A stretch of DNA of 59,097 nt, filler included. It is 3 parts of 3 records of this genome, joined end to end, with 100 filler letters (N's around TTAATTAATTAA, not from the genome) between each part and the next. Parts side by side here need not be neighbours in the genome. Positions count along the whole stretch, not along the records: positions 1 to 27,521 come from DRR723986_4166; 2 more parts are not named here. One strand, 5' to 3'. The translations under genes were made by a program, and so were the position numbers. The notes under the pieces are model-generated. The model was not told the DNA's origin. It saw only the letters and a list, made by a program, of their open reading frames with translations, and ran no database searches. Of this stretch, positions 1-9,949 are shown piece after piece (within the stretch, counting starts at the first letter, position 1; the number at the start of each line of letters is the position of its first letter).

Positions 1-354
<354 letters not shown>

Positions 355-378
355 GGGCGACGTCTTGAAGGGGCTGGC

Positions 379-831
379 ATGTCTGAACTGAAACCACTCC
401 GTCTTCTTGCTGAAGAGGCAGAGGATCTTGAGATCATCTCCGCCGCGGTGCAGGACGCCGTCGTGAAGGCCGAGAACCTGAACTACGAGGCGCGCATCCG
501 CCGCTTCTCGCTGGAGATCAACCGCTACCGCTGGGAAGAGGGCGTCACCAAACGCCGGGACGGCGAGCGCGTCCGCTCCCTGCTGGCCTTTGACGGCGTA
601 TTGGGCGTAAAGACCCGCGCCGTGACAAAGGCCGACCCGGAACTGATCCTGTCATTGCTTCAGGTGACCTTCATGCCGGACGAAGAGCCGCCGGGCGGCA
701 AGATCACGCTCCTCTTCGCAGGCGACGGCGAAATTGAACTGACCGTCGAGGCCCTCGACGCGACGCTGCTCGACAGCGACTACATCTGGAACACGCGGCA
801 TACGCCGAGCCACGAACGCCGGAAGCGGTAG
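379..831 (+). CDS. DUF2948 family protein
   Basis: LRLLAEEAEDLEIISAAVQDA and FAGDGEI motifs. It sits in the usual alphaproteobacterial position between murA and hisD. Confidence 0.85.
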   Translation: MSELKPLRLLAEEAEDLEIISAAVQDAVVKAENLNYEARIRRFSLEINRYRWEEGVTKRRDGERVRSLLAFDGVLGVKTRAVTKADPELILSLLQVTFMPDEEPPGGKITLLFAGDGEIELTVEALDATLLDSDYIWNTRHTPSHERRKR

Positions 832-834
832 ACG

Positions 835-1218
835 CTACCCCTCCGCCCGGTGGCACACCGCTTGGATCTTGTTGCCGTCCGGGTCTCTCACATAGGCGCC
901 GTAGTAGTTCTTGTGATAGTGCGGGCGCGGGCCGGGCGGGCCTTCATCCGATCCGCCATTGGCCACCGCGGCCGCATAAAATGCGTCCACCTTGGCGCGG
1001 CTGTCTGCTATGACGGCGACATGGGTGCCGTTGCCGTTTGTGGCGGGCTGGCCGTCGAAAGGCGGGCCGATGAACAGTTTCGGGCCCGTCGCTTCGCCAT
1101 AGGCGATGCCGCCATCATATTCGAACATGACCGGGATAGAGAGCGCCTTCATGACGGCTGCCCAGAAGGGCTTCACAGCGGCCCAGTCATTGGTGCCGAG
1201 GGTGACATGGCTGAACAT
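835..1218 (-). CDS. VOC/glyoxalase family protein
   Basis: MFSHVTLGTND, NGNGTHVA, GGSDEGPPGPR and YYGAYVRDPDGNKI motifs. Start taken at the second Met, which has a GGAG upstream. Confidence 0.9.
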   Translation of the reverse strand: MFSHVTLGTNDWAAVKPFWAAVMKALSIPVMFEYDGGIAYGEATGPKLFIGPPFDGQPATNGNGTHVAVIADSRAKVDAFYAAAVANGGSDEGPPGPRPHYHKNYYGAYVRDPDGNKIQAVCHRAEG

Positions 1219-1383
1219 GGGCGGTCCTCCCAAACCGTGCCGGATGGGCCAGCCTAAGCCGGCAAGCGGGGGCGGCCAAGCCTGCCGGGCGGGATGCGCC
1301 GACTCAGCGCCTTGCCAGCGGCGGATGGAGAGTCCATGAAGCGGGGTTCAGACACACCAATCCTTCTTGGGAATTCCGCGCCA

Positions 1384-2694
1384 ATGGCCCGTACATTCAA
1401 CACATCCGCACCGGATTTCGAGACCCGGTTCAGCCGTTTCCTTGGGGAACAGCGGGCGGATGGCCATGACGTAGGCGGCATCGTTGCGAAGATCCTGGAC
1501 GAGGTGGAGGCCCGCGGCGGTGAGGCTGTGGCCCGCTATACGGCCCAGTTCGACGAGCTGCAGATCGACCCGACCACGCTGCAATCCGACAATGTGGACC
1601 TTGCCGCGCTGGCCGCCGAGTGCCCGGCAGACCTGAAAGCTGCCATCGATTTCGCGCACGATCGCATTGCGGCCTACCACTCTGCCCAGCGCCCACAGGA
1701 TCATTCGTTCACGGATGAGGCTGGCGTTGAGCTGGGCTGGCGCTGGACCTCGCTGGAAAGCGTTGGCGTCTATGTGCCAGGCGGACGGGCGAGCTATCCG
1801 TCCTCTGTGCTGATGAACACCGTGCCGGCCAAGATCGCCGGCGTGGACCGGATCGTCATGGTCGCCCCGGCGCCGATGGGGGAACTGGCCCCGGCCGTGG
1901 CCTATGCGGCGCTGCGTGCGGGCGTGGACGAGTTCTATCCGCTCGGCGGGGCGCAGGCCGTCGGCGCGCTGGCCTTCGGGGCAGGGCGGCTGAAGCCGGT
2001 CGACAAGATCGTCGGGCCGGGCAACGCCTTCGTGGCGGAAGCCAAGCGCCAGGTCTTCGGCCGCGTCGGCATCGACACGATTGCCGGGCCGTCCGAAATT
2101 CTCGTCATTGCGGATGAGACCGCAAATCCGGACTGGATCGCGGCAGACCTGCTGAGCCAGGCCGAACACGACCCATCCTCCCAGTCGATCCTGATTGCTG
2201 TGGATGAGGCTGTGGGCAGGGCTGTGGATAACGCTGTGGATAAGCAGTTGAAAACGCTGGCCACGGGCGAACGCGCGGCGCGGTCCTGGTCATCTCACGG
2301 GGCGATCATCTTCGCACGCGACCTGGACGAGGCCGCCACCATCGCCAACCGCATCGCCGCAGAGCACGTCGAGCTCGCCGTGGCCGATCCGGATGCCATG
2401 CTGCCGAAGATCCGCCATGCCGGGGCGGTGTTCCTCGGCCACCACACGCCGGAAGCACTGGGCGACTATGTCACCGGCTCGAACCACGTGCTGCCCACCA
2501 GCCGCGCGGCGCGTTTCTCTTCTGGCCTCGGCCTTTATGACTTCCTGAAGCGCATGAGCGTGCAGCGCGCGAGCGCCGAAGGTTTTGCCGCGCTGGCCCC
2601 GGCGGCCCTGCGCCTTGCCGAAGCCGAGCGCCTGCCGGCGCATGCGCGCTCCGTCTCCATCCGGTCGAATGCAGGAACCGGTGATGTCGGATAA
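1384..2694 (+). CDS. hisD: Histidinol dehydrogenase
   Basis: [40 protein letters not shown] and [13 protein letters not shown] motifs. Confidence 0.97.
   Translation: MARTFNTSAPDFETRFSRFLGEQRADGHDVGGIVAKILDEVEARGGEAVARYTAQFDELQIDPTTLQSDNVDLAALAAECPADLKAAIDFAHDRIAAYHSAQRPQDHSFTDEAGVELGWRWTSLESVGVYVPGGRASYPSSVLMNTVPAKIAGVDRIVMVAPAPMGELAPAVAYAALRAGVDEFYPLGGAQAVGALAFGAGRLKPVDKIVGPGNAFVAEAKRQVFGRVGIDTIAGPSEILVIADETANPDWIAADLLSQAEHDPSSQSILIAVDEAVGRAVDNAVDKQLKTLATGERAARSWSSHGAIIFARDLDEAATIANRIAAEHVELAVADPDAMLPKIRHAGAVFLGHHTPEALGDYVTGSNHVLPTSRAARFSSGLGLYDFLKRMSVQRASAEGFAALAPAALRLAEAERLPAHARSVSIRSNAGTGDVG
2197..2244 (+). repeat. Four 12-bp tandem units inside hisD, two containing perfect DnaA boxes (TGTGGATAA)
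   Basis: Units are GCTGTGGATGAG, GCTGTGGGCAGG, GCTGTGGATAAC and GCTGTGGATAAG. TGTGGATAA (reverse complement TTATCCACA) is at 2223-2231 and 2235-2243. The repeat is certain; its function is inferred. Confidence 0.7.
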
Positions 2695-3172
2695 GAACCG
2701 CCTCATCTCCGTTGAGATCGACGAAGACACACTGGGCGCCTCGGGCCCGGATGCTGAGCACGAGCGCCGTGTCGCCATCTTCGACCTGATCGAGCAGAAC
2801 AGCTTCGCCCTGCCGGATCACGGCGAGGGCCCGTTCATTCTGGCCCTGTCCAAGGTGGAGCGGCGCCTCGTCTTCGCCGTGCGCGACGAGCATGGCAAGG
2901 ACGTTCACACTTTCATCCTGTCGCTGAACCCGTTCCGGGGCGTGATCCGCGATTATTTCATGATCTGCGACAGCTATTACGATGCGATCCGTACCCAGTC
3001 GCCGCACCAGATCGAGGCAATCGACATGGCCCGGCGCGGCGTTCACAATGAAGGCTCGGAGCTTCTGGCAGAACGCCTGCAGGGCAAGGTGGAGATCGAT
3101 TTCCTCACCGCCCGGCGCCTCTTCACCCTGATCTGCGCCCTCCATGCAGGCCAGACGAGGGCAGCGGGATAG
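2684..3172 (+). CDS. UPF0262 family protein
   Basis: [47 protein letters not shown] and TARRLFTL motifs. It overlaps the hisD stop. Confidence 0.92.
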   Translation: MSDKNRLISVEIDEDTLGASGPDAEHERRVAIFDLIEQNSFALPDHGEGPFILALSKVERRLVFAVRDEHGKDVHTFILSLNPFRGVIRDYFMICDSYYDAIRTQSPHQIEAIDMARRGVHNEGSELLAERLQGKVEIDFLTARRLFTLICALHAGQTRAAG

Positions 3173-3181
3173 ACGGCCAGC

Positions 3182-3826
3182 TCAGCAGACCTTTTCGACG
3201 CCAAGTTCGCAAGCGCGGGTCTTGTAATGGGCGAAGTCCTTTTCCGCTGTTCCGGTCGCGCGTTTCTTCACGATCAGGAACGCGGCATTGTAGCAGCCGT
3301 CGCCAATGTCCAGTCCGCAGGCCTTGTCATAGCTGGCGAAAGCGCCCGCATCGTCAATGTCTCCGCCGATGCCCTGCATCTGCATGTTTCCCGCATTGAA
3401 GCAGGCAAATTTCTGACCGATTGAACAGGCCTTGAGGTAATAGTCACGCGCGCCTGTCAGGTCCTGTGCGCCACCCCAGCCTTTTTCGAGCGTCAGAGCA
3501 TAGTTGAAGCAGGCGTCCTCCGGATTTTTGCCACCATATTTTCCATCACAGCCTGTCAGGAACAGAGGCCGCGCCTTGGACATGTCTTTCGGGCCGCCTT
3601 TGCCATTGGTCCAGAGAATACCGAGATTGTGGCAGGCGGCGGCTACGCCCCATTGGCAGGCACGGTCGAAATGAACACGCGCTGTCTCGAATTCCTCTGC
3701 CTCGAGCGCGGCCATTCCCGCATCGAGTTCGGCGAGCGCGCCTTTCCCGTCAAGAACGGTCTGGGCCAGGGCTGGTGAGCCCAGGAAGAGGATGGCTATG
3801 GCCGCGAGTCGAACAGGATTGAGCAT
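3182..3826 (-). CDS. Secreted Sel1-like repeat (Cys-rich, Hcp-type) protein
   Basis: Signal peptide MLNPVRLAAIAILFLGSPALA, followed by repeated AC...ACxNxG units. The longer upstream ORF extension overlaps infA antisense and is rejected. Confidence 0.85.
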   Translation of the reverse strand: MLNPVRLAAIAILFLGSPALAQTVLDGKGALAELDAGMAALEAEEFETARVHFDRACQWGVAAACHNLGILWTNGKGGPKDMSKARPLFLTGCDGKYGGKNPEDACFNYALTLEKGWGGAQDLTGARDYYLKACSIGQKFACFNAGNMQMQGIGGDIDDAGAFASYDKACGLDIGDGCYNAAFLIVKKRATGTAEKDFAHYKTRACELGVEKVC

Positions 3827-3995
3827 TCTGCGATTATATATCGTGAGGCGTGGGCAAGTCACTTCCCGGACAAGGCTGACTTCCAAAGCTTGGTCGAGCA
3901 GGGCGACTGGGCCATTGGCGGCCAGGTCCTCGGAGCGGCCGATGTCCCCGCCCTGGCGACAGCCAACGCGGCCTGACCTCAACCAGTCCCCGCGC

Positions 3996-4035
3996 CGGAT
4001 GAGAGGTTTTCTGCCTCTCATCCGATTGCTTTTTG
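3996..4035 (+). terminator. Probable intrinsic terminator hairpin
   Basis: 11-bp stem CGGATGAGAGG / CCTCTCATCCG followed by ATTGCTTTTT. Confidence 0.5.
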
Positions 4036-4159
4036 GGAGCAGGCGCGGCCAGAGGGCTGCCGGATGACTCGAATCCTTGCCGGAATCCCTGCAAAGCTGT
4101 AAGGCGCACCCTACATTAACGGATGGCGGCGCGTTGGACCGTCCTGTTTTGGAGACTGC

Positions 4160-4378
4160 ATGTCGAAGGAAGAACTGATTGAATTCGAGGGAACGGTAGT
4201 GGAATTGCTGCCGAACGCGACCTTCCGCGTGAAACTCGAAAATGACCACGAGATTATCGCCCATACCGCGGGCAAGATGCGCAAGAACCGCATCCGCGTG
4301 CTGACCGGCGACAAAGTCATGGTCGAGATGACGCCCTATGACCTGACCAAGGGTCGTATCACCTACCGCTTCAAGTAA
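4160..4378 (+). CDS. infA: Translation initiation factor IF-1
   Basis: 72-aa canonical IF-1 sequence ([12 protein letters not shown]...[13 protein letters not shown]) with a GGAG RBS. Confidence 0.99.
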   Translation: MSKEELIEFEGTVVELLPNATFRVKLENDHEIIAHTAGKMRKNRIRVLTGDKVMVEMTPYDLTKGRITYRFK

Positions 4379-4383
4379 GCGTC

Positions 4384-4965
4384 ATGGCGTCCACCGGGGC
4401 CGCGCGGCTCATCCTTGCCAGCGCCAGCCCCCGGCGGCAGCAACTGCTCGCCCAGATCGGCATCGTGCCGGACGCCATCTGCCCCACAGACATCAATGAG
4501 GCCCGCCGCAAGGACGAAAGCCCGCGCGCGCTCGCCGAACGGCTTGCCCGCGAAAAGGCGCTGGCCTGTCCGGAAGAGGGCTATGTGCTGGCTGCCGACA
4601 CGGTCGTCGCGCTGGGCAGCCGGAACCTTGAGAAAGCCGCCGACGCGGTCGAGGCCGAGGCCTTCCTGCGGCTTCTCTCCGGCCGGTCGCACCAGTGCCT
4701 CACCGGTATCGCAGTGCGCGCCCCCGATGGCCGCCTCAGCGCCCGCACCGTGCTCGCCCGCGTGAAGTTCAAACGCCTCACCGACAGGGACATTGCCGAC
4801 TATGTCGCCAGCGGCGACTGGAAGGGCAAAGCCGGCGGTTACGGCATCCAGGGCGCCGCCGGTGCCTTCGTGACCGGTATCAATGGCAGCTACACCGCCA
4901 TCGTCGGCCTGCCGCTCTATGAGACGAAAGCCCTGCTTGAGGGCATGGGCTGGCGGGCGTCCTGA
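4384..4965 (+). CDS. maf: Maf family nucleoside triphosphate pyrophosphatase
   Basis: LILASASPRR, AADTVV, KAGGYGIQG and GSYTAIVGLPL motifs. Confidence 0.95.
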   Translation: MASTGAARLILASASPRRQQLLAQIGIVPDAICPTDINEARRKDESPRALAERLAREKALACPEEGYVLAADTVVALGSRNLEKAADAVEAEAFLRLLSGRSHQCLTGIAVRAPDGRLSARTVLARVKFKRLTDRDIADYVASGDWKGKAGGYGIQGAAGAFVTGINGSYTAIVGLPLYETKALLEGMGWRAS

Positions 4966-5061
4966 GCGCCCGCGCTTGGCTCTGCACCAGGAGCAGGTTT
5001 AACCAGTCCGTCACGGCTTACCTCTAGTATCACGGCAGCGATTGGTGAATTGGGGCTGGCC

Positions 5062-5481
5062 ATGCACGGAATGAAAATCTGCGGAGCCGTTGCGCTCTGC
5101 TGTTTCGCGGTCAGCTGCGACGATATCAGCAATGAAGCGGTTTCCTTCAAATGTGAAGCGAGCGAGCAGGCCTTGCCGCTTCTGGGCAGGAAGGTTCGCT
5201 TTTACCACGAGGGAGGCTTCCTCTTCGTTCAGAGCGATACGGGCCGGGCAGATAATGTCTGTTCCCAGAAGGGCATGCTGACGTGTGATGTGCGGATGAC
5301 ATCCAAGAAGCTGACCCTCCATCAGGAAATTGAAACACCGGAGTGTGAGTGGCGTCAGACGGCGAAAACCACCCTCGATATTGATCGCGGCACCGGCGCA
5401 TTTGAGTTCACGCAGGACCTCTGTGACCTGACCGCAAAAATGGTGGTCAAAGGGACCTGTGAGATACATCCGGGAAAGTGA
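5062..5481 (+). CDS. Hypothetical Cys-containing lipoprotein
   Basis: Hydrophobic N-terminus with a lipobox-like AVSC and several paired Cys. No recognisable family; the start may be 5071. Confidence 0.6.
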   Translation: MHGMKICGAVALCCFAVSCDDISNEAVSFKCEASEQALPLLGRKVRFYHEGGFLFVQSDTGRADNVCSQKGMLTCDVRMTSKKLTLHQEIETPECEWRQTAKTTLDIDRGTGAFEFTQDLCDLTAKMVVKGTCEIHPGK

Positions 5482-5655
5482 TTGCAAGGTCTTGCTGAAA
5501 AGGCCGGGCCCTTTTTGATTCTGGCTTCAAGCCCGATCCGGGATGTATGACTCATTCCACCAATATCCTTTCATCCTGTGCCCGAACGGCCTGTCGATTT
5601 CGCTCCACAACTCTGCCAAGATAAGGGCAGATATATCGGAGGGAGGTTTAGGATA

Positions 5656-7488
5656 ATGGCGCATGAAGAACATGGCTGCCCGTGTTGTCAGGCTGGATTG
5701 GGCAGTCTCTTTGCCTACAATCCTGCAGATGCATCAGCTGCGGAAATAAGGATTCTCCCCATCGGCCGCCGCCAGTTCATGGCTGGGGCCTCGGCCCTTG
5801 CCGGCACGGTCGCGACGACCGCGTGCGGGAGCAGCTTCCTTGCCGAGCCCCCTGTTGCCCCAGAACTGGAAACCCGCACCAGAATCTATGCCGGGGGAAC
5901 GATCATGACGGTCGATCCCGGCTTTTCCAAGCCCGAAGCCATGGCGGTGAAAGGCAATCGCATTCTGGCAACCGGCCGCCTCGAAGACGTCCAGGCGGCA
6001 GCAGGCGAAGACGCGGATCTCATCGATCTCAAGGGTCACACTGTCATGCCAGGCCTGATCGATCCCCATACGCACATTCTCATCGGTGCCCTGATGGATC
6101 AGGCGATGGACTATGTGGGTATAACGCGCTTTTCCTCAACGGATGAAATCCTCGACTACATCCGGCATCTGGATTCGGAACGTCTGGAAGACGAGTGGAT
6201 CGTCTGCCGCAACTATTATCCGATGCTGCAGGCATTTGAGGAGCCGCTGGGATTTTCCTCTCTCGACAAAATTTCCGGCACCCGTCCCATCATGGTCCTC
6301 AATGCATCCGGCCACATCGCCTATGCCAATCGGGCCGCGTTCAGGGCGGCGGGCATTCCGGACGATGTCGCCAACCCGTCCGGCGGCGAGTTCGTGCGGG
6401 ATGCGAATGGGAACCTGACCGGCGAGATGCGGAACCAGACGACCTTTTCCAATGTGCTCGGCGCCCGCCCCAGCGGGTTCGGTTCGGCGCCCGCCGATGC
6501 GGTCCTGAAAACCTGCGAGAGATTTGCCTCGCTCGGTCTGACGACCGTGTCAGAGCTTGGGCTGGGCGGACTTCTGCGCGGTGCGGGTGACTGGGAGGTC
6601 CTGAAGCAGGCAGGCGCAACGGGACGTTTGTCCCAGCGCATTCGCGCTTACCCGATGTACGTGTTTGATGACGCGTGGGACGAAGCGGCTCTTCGCCTTG
6701 GCGACGGTGACGAACTCGTGCGGATTGCGGGCTACAAACTGATCGCCGACGGCTCCAATCAGGGATTCACGGGCCTTCAGCGCGAGCCTTACTATACAGT
6801 CGACTCGACCGGGATTGCCTATATGGCGCCGGAAGAGCTGACCGCGCTGATGCGCAAGAGAGCTGCGCAGGGCTGGCAGATCGCGGTGCACGGAAACGGT
6901 GACAAGGCGATCGACAATATACTCGATGCCGTCGAGCAGGTTGCGTCGGAAGGGATCGATGTCAAATCCCTGCGTATACGGATTGAACACTGTTCCATTC
7001 TGCATGACGAACAGATCGAACGCATGAAGGCCCATGGCGTGTCGGCGAGTTTCCTTATCGGTCATGTGCATTACTGGGGCGTTGCGATGCGTGACAGGAT
7101 TTTCGGGCCCGACAAGTCGCGCCTTCTTGACCGGTGCGCCAGCTGCGAGCGTGCGGGTGTGGGCTATACAATTCACTCGGACTTCTTCGTGACCGATCCG
7201 AACCCGCTTCACATGATCGAGATGGCCGTTACCCGCCAGTCTTGGAAAGAACCGGATTTCGTCCTTGCGCCCGAAGAGTGCGCCAGCCGCGAAACCGCGA
7301 TCCGCGCCATGACGTCAGAAGCGGCCTGGCAACTGGGGTCCGATCATGAAATCGGCAGCCTGGAGCCTGGAAAATTTGCGGACTATGTGATCCTTGATGG
7401 TGATCCGTCGTCTGTCCCTGCGGACGAAATCAAGAGCATCAAGGTGCTGGAAACCTGGATGGGGGGCGCGCAGACTTTCCAGTCCTGA
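5656..7488 (+). CDS. Amidohydrolase (YtcJ-like, amidohydrolase_3), probably Tat-exported
   Basis: PGLIDPHTH, ADGSNQG, HGNGD, RIEH and GSLEPGKFAD motifs, plus a twin-arginine GRRQFMAGA segment. Confidence 0.9.
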   Translation: MAHEEHGCPCCQAGLGSLFAYNPADASAAEIRILPIGRRQFMAGASALAGTVATTACGSSFLAEPPVAPELETRTRIYAGGTIMTVDPGFSKPEAMAVKGNRILATGRLEDVQAAAGEDADLIDLKGHTVMPGLIDPHTHILIGALMDQAMDYVGITRFSSTDEILDYIRHLDSERLEDEWIVCRNYYPMLQAFEEPLGFSSLDKISGTRPIMVLNASGHIAYANRAAFRAAGIPDDVANPSGGEFVRDANGNLTGEMRNQTTFSNVLGARPSGFGSAPADAVLKTCERFASLGLTTVSELGLGGLLRGAGDWEVLKQAGATGRLSQRIRAYPMYVFDDAWDEAALRLGDGDELVRIAGYKLIADGSNQGFTGLQREPYYTVDSTGIAYMAPEELTALMRKRAAQGWQIAVHGNGDKAIDNILDAVEQVASEGIDVKSLRIRIEHCSILHDEQIERMKAHGVSASFLIGHVHYWGVAMRDRIFGPDKSRLLDRCASCERAGVGYTIHSDFFVTDPNPLHMIEMAVTRQSWKEPDFVLAPEECASRETAIRAMTSEAAWQLGSDHEIGSLEPGKFADYVILDGDPSSVPADEIKSIKVLETWMGGAQTFQS

Positions 7489-7601
7489 TTCAGAACAAAT
7501 CGAGGATCGAATGGTCAGCGCCCATCACGACATTGAACTGAAATGGCAAGGTGGCGAGTACTGTGTGCCGCAGACAGGTCCTGTTCTATTCACCCGCATC
7601 C

Positions 7602-7775
7602 GCACGCGTGAAGTTCAAACGCCTTACCGACCGGGTCATTGCCGATTACGTCGCCAGCGGGGACTGCAAGGGCCGGGTCGGCGCCTTCGTCACCGGTATC
7701 AACGGCACCTACACCGCTATCGTCGGCTTGCCGCTGCGTGAGACGAAACCCTGCTTGACGGGATTGGGCGGCGCA
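7602..7775 (+). pseudogene. maf: Degenerate duplicate of the maf 3' end
   Basis: Aligns by eye with 4756-4960 (ARVKFKRLTDR.IADYVASGD.KG...GAFVTGING.YTAIVGLPL.ETK). It has an in-frame deletion removing the GYGIQG motif and a frameshift near the end. Confidence 0.9.
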
Positions 7776-7866
7776 AGCTCTGTCGCCAGCGTGCAGGCTT
7801 CCAAGTTCTTCGCAGACTGAGTTGAGTGAAGCGATACCTGCCCCTTTCGGCACGGAACAGGGACTC

Positions 7867-8823
7867 CTACGAACCGGCCATCAAGCCGAGCCAGACACTG
7901 TAGGCAACATAGGCGCCAAGAAGGACGCCACCCTCCACCCGGTTAATACGCCAGCGCCTGACGGCCATAAGGAGCAGGAGCGTCGTCGCGCCTGTCATGA
8001 CCCAGATATCGAATTTGGCGATTGAGGCCGGCACAGCGATTGGATGAATTAGGGCAGTCGCGCCGAGGATGAACAGGACGTTGAAGATGTTGCTGCCGAC
8101 GATGTTGCCGAACGCAATATCGGATTGGTTGCGGCGGGCGGCGGCAATCGTCGTGACCAGCTCCGGCAAGGATGTGCCGACGGCGACGATGGTGAGACCG
8201 ATGACTGTTTCCGACACCCTGAACGCCTGAGCGACGTCGATGGCGCCAAACACGAGAAAGCGGGCACCCAGGATGGTAAGTGTCAGACCTGCAGCGACAA
8301 AGGCGAGATCCTTCCAGACATTGCCCGTTTGAACCGACCTTCCGTCAACGACTTCAGTCTCTGGCTGCGTGACACCTGCCCGCCGCTCCTTGGAAACTGT
8401 GAAGACGAGATAGGCAATCAAAGTGAGGACAAAAAATGCACCGATCGCAGGTGTGAACCGCCCGAAGAGTGCAGCGCCAAGACACATGAGTGTTGACAGG
8501 ACAAGCACGGTCCCGTCCCGCTTAAAAGCCGCCTGGTCGATGACGACGGGCGCAAGCAATGAAGCGACGCCGAGGATGAGCAGAATATTGGCAATATTGC
8601 TGCCGACCACATTGCCGACCGCAATGCCGGGAGAACCCACAAAGGCGGCTTGCAGGCTGGTCACCAGTTCGGGTGTGGATGTGCCGAACCCAACAAGGGT
8701 GAGGCCGATGATAAGGGGCGACAGACCAATTCTGCGCGCCAGATCGACTGCGCCGCGAACCAGGAGGTCGCCGCCAAAAACAAGCCCCAGAAGGCCGCCG
8801 ACAATAAGAAGAGCCGTGTCCAT
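7867..8823 (-). CDS. Calcium/sodium antiporter (CaCA, YrbG-like)
   Basis: Two alpha-repeats, GTSTPEL...GNVVGSNIAN and GTSLPEL...GNIVGSNIFN, and about 10 TM segments. Confidence 0.93.
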   Translation of the reverse strand: MDTALLIVGGLLGLVFGGDLLVRGAVDLARRIGLSPLIIGLTLVGFGTSTPELVTSLQAAFVGSPGIAVGNVVGSNIANILLILGVASLLAPVVIDQAAFKRDGTVLVLSTLMCLGAALFGRFTPAIGAFFVLTLIAYLVFTVSKERRAGVTQPETEVVDGRSVQTGNVWKDLAFVAAGLTLTILGARFLVFGAIDVAQAFRVSETVIGLTIVAVGTSLPELVTTIAAARRNQSDIAFGNIVGSNIFNVLFILGATALIHPIAVPASIAKFDIWVMTGATTLLLLMAVRRWRINRVEGGVLLGAYVAYSVWLGLMAGS

Positions 8824-9069
8824 GGATCCCGCCGAAAAGGCCTGTCACCCGTGCGGGGATCGTCGGTTTGACTGGCGGCATAATAAATGGAATTGGCGAC
8901 AGGCGTTTACAAGAGCGGTCCGGCTGGCTGAACGTTTCGGGAAGGTTCTCAGTATGCGGCTGAATGAGGCGCTCGCCGTGGCGTGGAACGACAGCGGCTG
9001 AGCCTTTCCTGATGTCATGATTTTGCCGGAGCGTGAGAGCGCTTCCGGGCAAACGTGCTGGAAGAAAGG

Positions 9070-9558
9070 TCAGCTCCGCTCCGGGGTGGCGTGGCCGAAG
9101 GCTTTCCTCATATTGATGCCCGTCGGGGAGAAGCCGGCACTCCGATACAGGTTTTGAGCGATATCATTGTCCGAGGCGACCCGCAGCCGGACTTCGCTAT
9201 GACCGGTCTTGGCGTACATCTCCTCCAGAGCTGTCAAAGCGGCTTTGGCGTAACCCTTTCCGCGATGGGCTGGAAGAATGTAGAAGTCGCTGATGAAAAC
9301 GCTCGGGCCGTCTTCATCCGGCCTGCACCAGAGATAGCCGAGGAGGGCGGTGCCTCCGTCTCCAACAACGCACAGAAGGTCATGGCCGGGTGTCTCGACG
9401 CCCAGTGGAAGATCGCGCTCGACGTCCCGTTTCGCGCTCGCCAGCGCGCTGTCCATATCCTTATCGTAGTTTGCAGAGATCTCCGCAGCATAGTCGGGGA
9501 TGAAATAGGCGACATAGTCAGCGAACTCGTTGGCCAGCATCGGACGGAGGCGTATCAT
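9070..9558 (-). CDS. GNAT family N-acetyltransferase
   Basis: HRGKGYAKAAL acetyl-CoA motif and NDIAQNLYRSAGF. Confidence 0.9.
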   Translation of the reverse strand: MIRLRPMLANEFADYVAYFIPDYAAEISANYDKDMDSALASAKRDVERDLPLGVETPGHDLLCVVGDGGTALLGYLWCRPDEDGPSVFISDFYILPAHRGKGYAKAALTALEEMYAKTGHSEVRLRVASDNDIAQNLYRSAGFSPTGINMRKAFGHATPERS

Positions 9559-9589
9559 GGGTTTCCTCCGCACACGTGTCGTTCAGGTC

Positions 9590-9937
9590 CTATGTCCGCT
9601 CCAGCGTGGTGACGGCGGCGACGCACAGGCCCACGACGGCAACGATGCCCAGCCAGAGCGGATCGGCATTTGCCAGAAGGCCAGCCTGCTGCTGAGCCGT
9701 GGAGATCGTGTTGGTCACGGTGTTGTCCAGCGTCACCCACTCGCCGAGCAGGCCCGGCAGCTGGAGCGCGGCGACGACGGCGCCAATGCCGCCTACGGCC
9801 AGCAGGATGCCCCGGCGCATGAGGGAGCGGCGGCGCACCTTGCCCATCACGTCGTCCACGAAAGGCTTCGCTTCCAGCGCGCGGTCTTCGGCCGCGAACA
9901 GGCTGGACAGGTCCTGGAAGGTTTCTTCTTCGCGCAT
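9590..9937 (-). CDS. Small two-TM membrane protein, candidate anti-sigma factor
   Basis: Directly downstream of the ECF sigma gene. Short cytoplasmic N-terminus (FVDDVM) followed by two hydrophobic helices. Confidence 0.65.
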   Translation of the reverse strand: MREEETFQDLSSLFAAEDRALEAKPFVDDVMGKVRRRSLMRRGILLAVGGIGAVVAALQLPGLLGEWVTLDNTVTNTISTAQQQAGLLANADPLWLGIVAVVGLCVAAVTTLERT

Positions 9938-9949
9938 GTCTCTACTCCA

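Noticed and set aside
3827-4264. 360-aa version of the Sel1 ORF
   Set aside because: The extension runs antisense through infA, and a clean signal peptide starts at 3826.
8824-8913. Possible RpoH promoter (CTTGTA...CCATTTA) or cation riboswitch upstream of the Ca/Na antiporter
   Set aside because: Only a partial consensus match. It cannot be supported without an Rfam search or TSS data.
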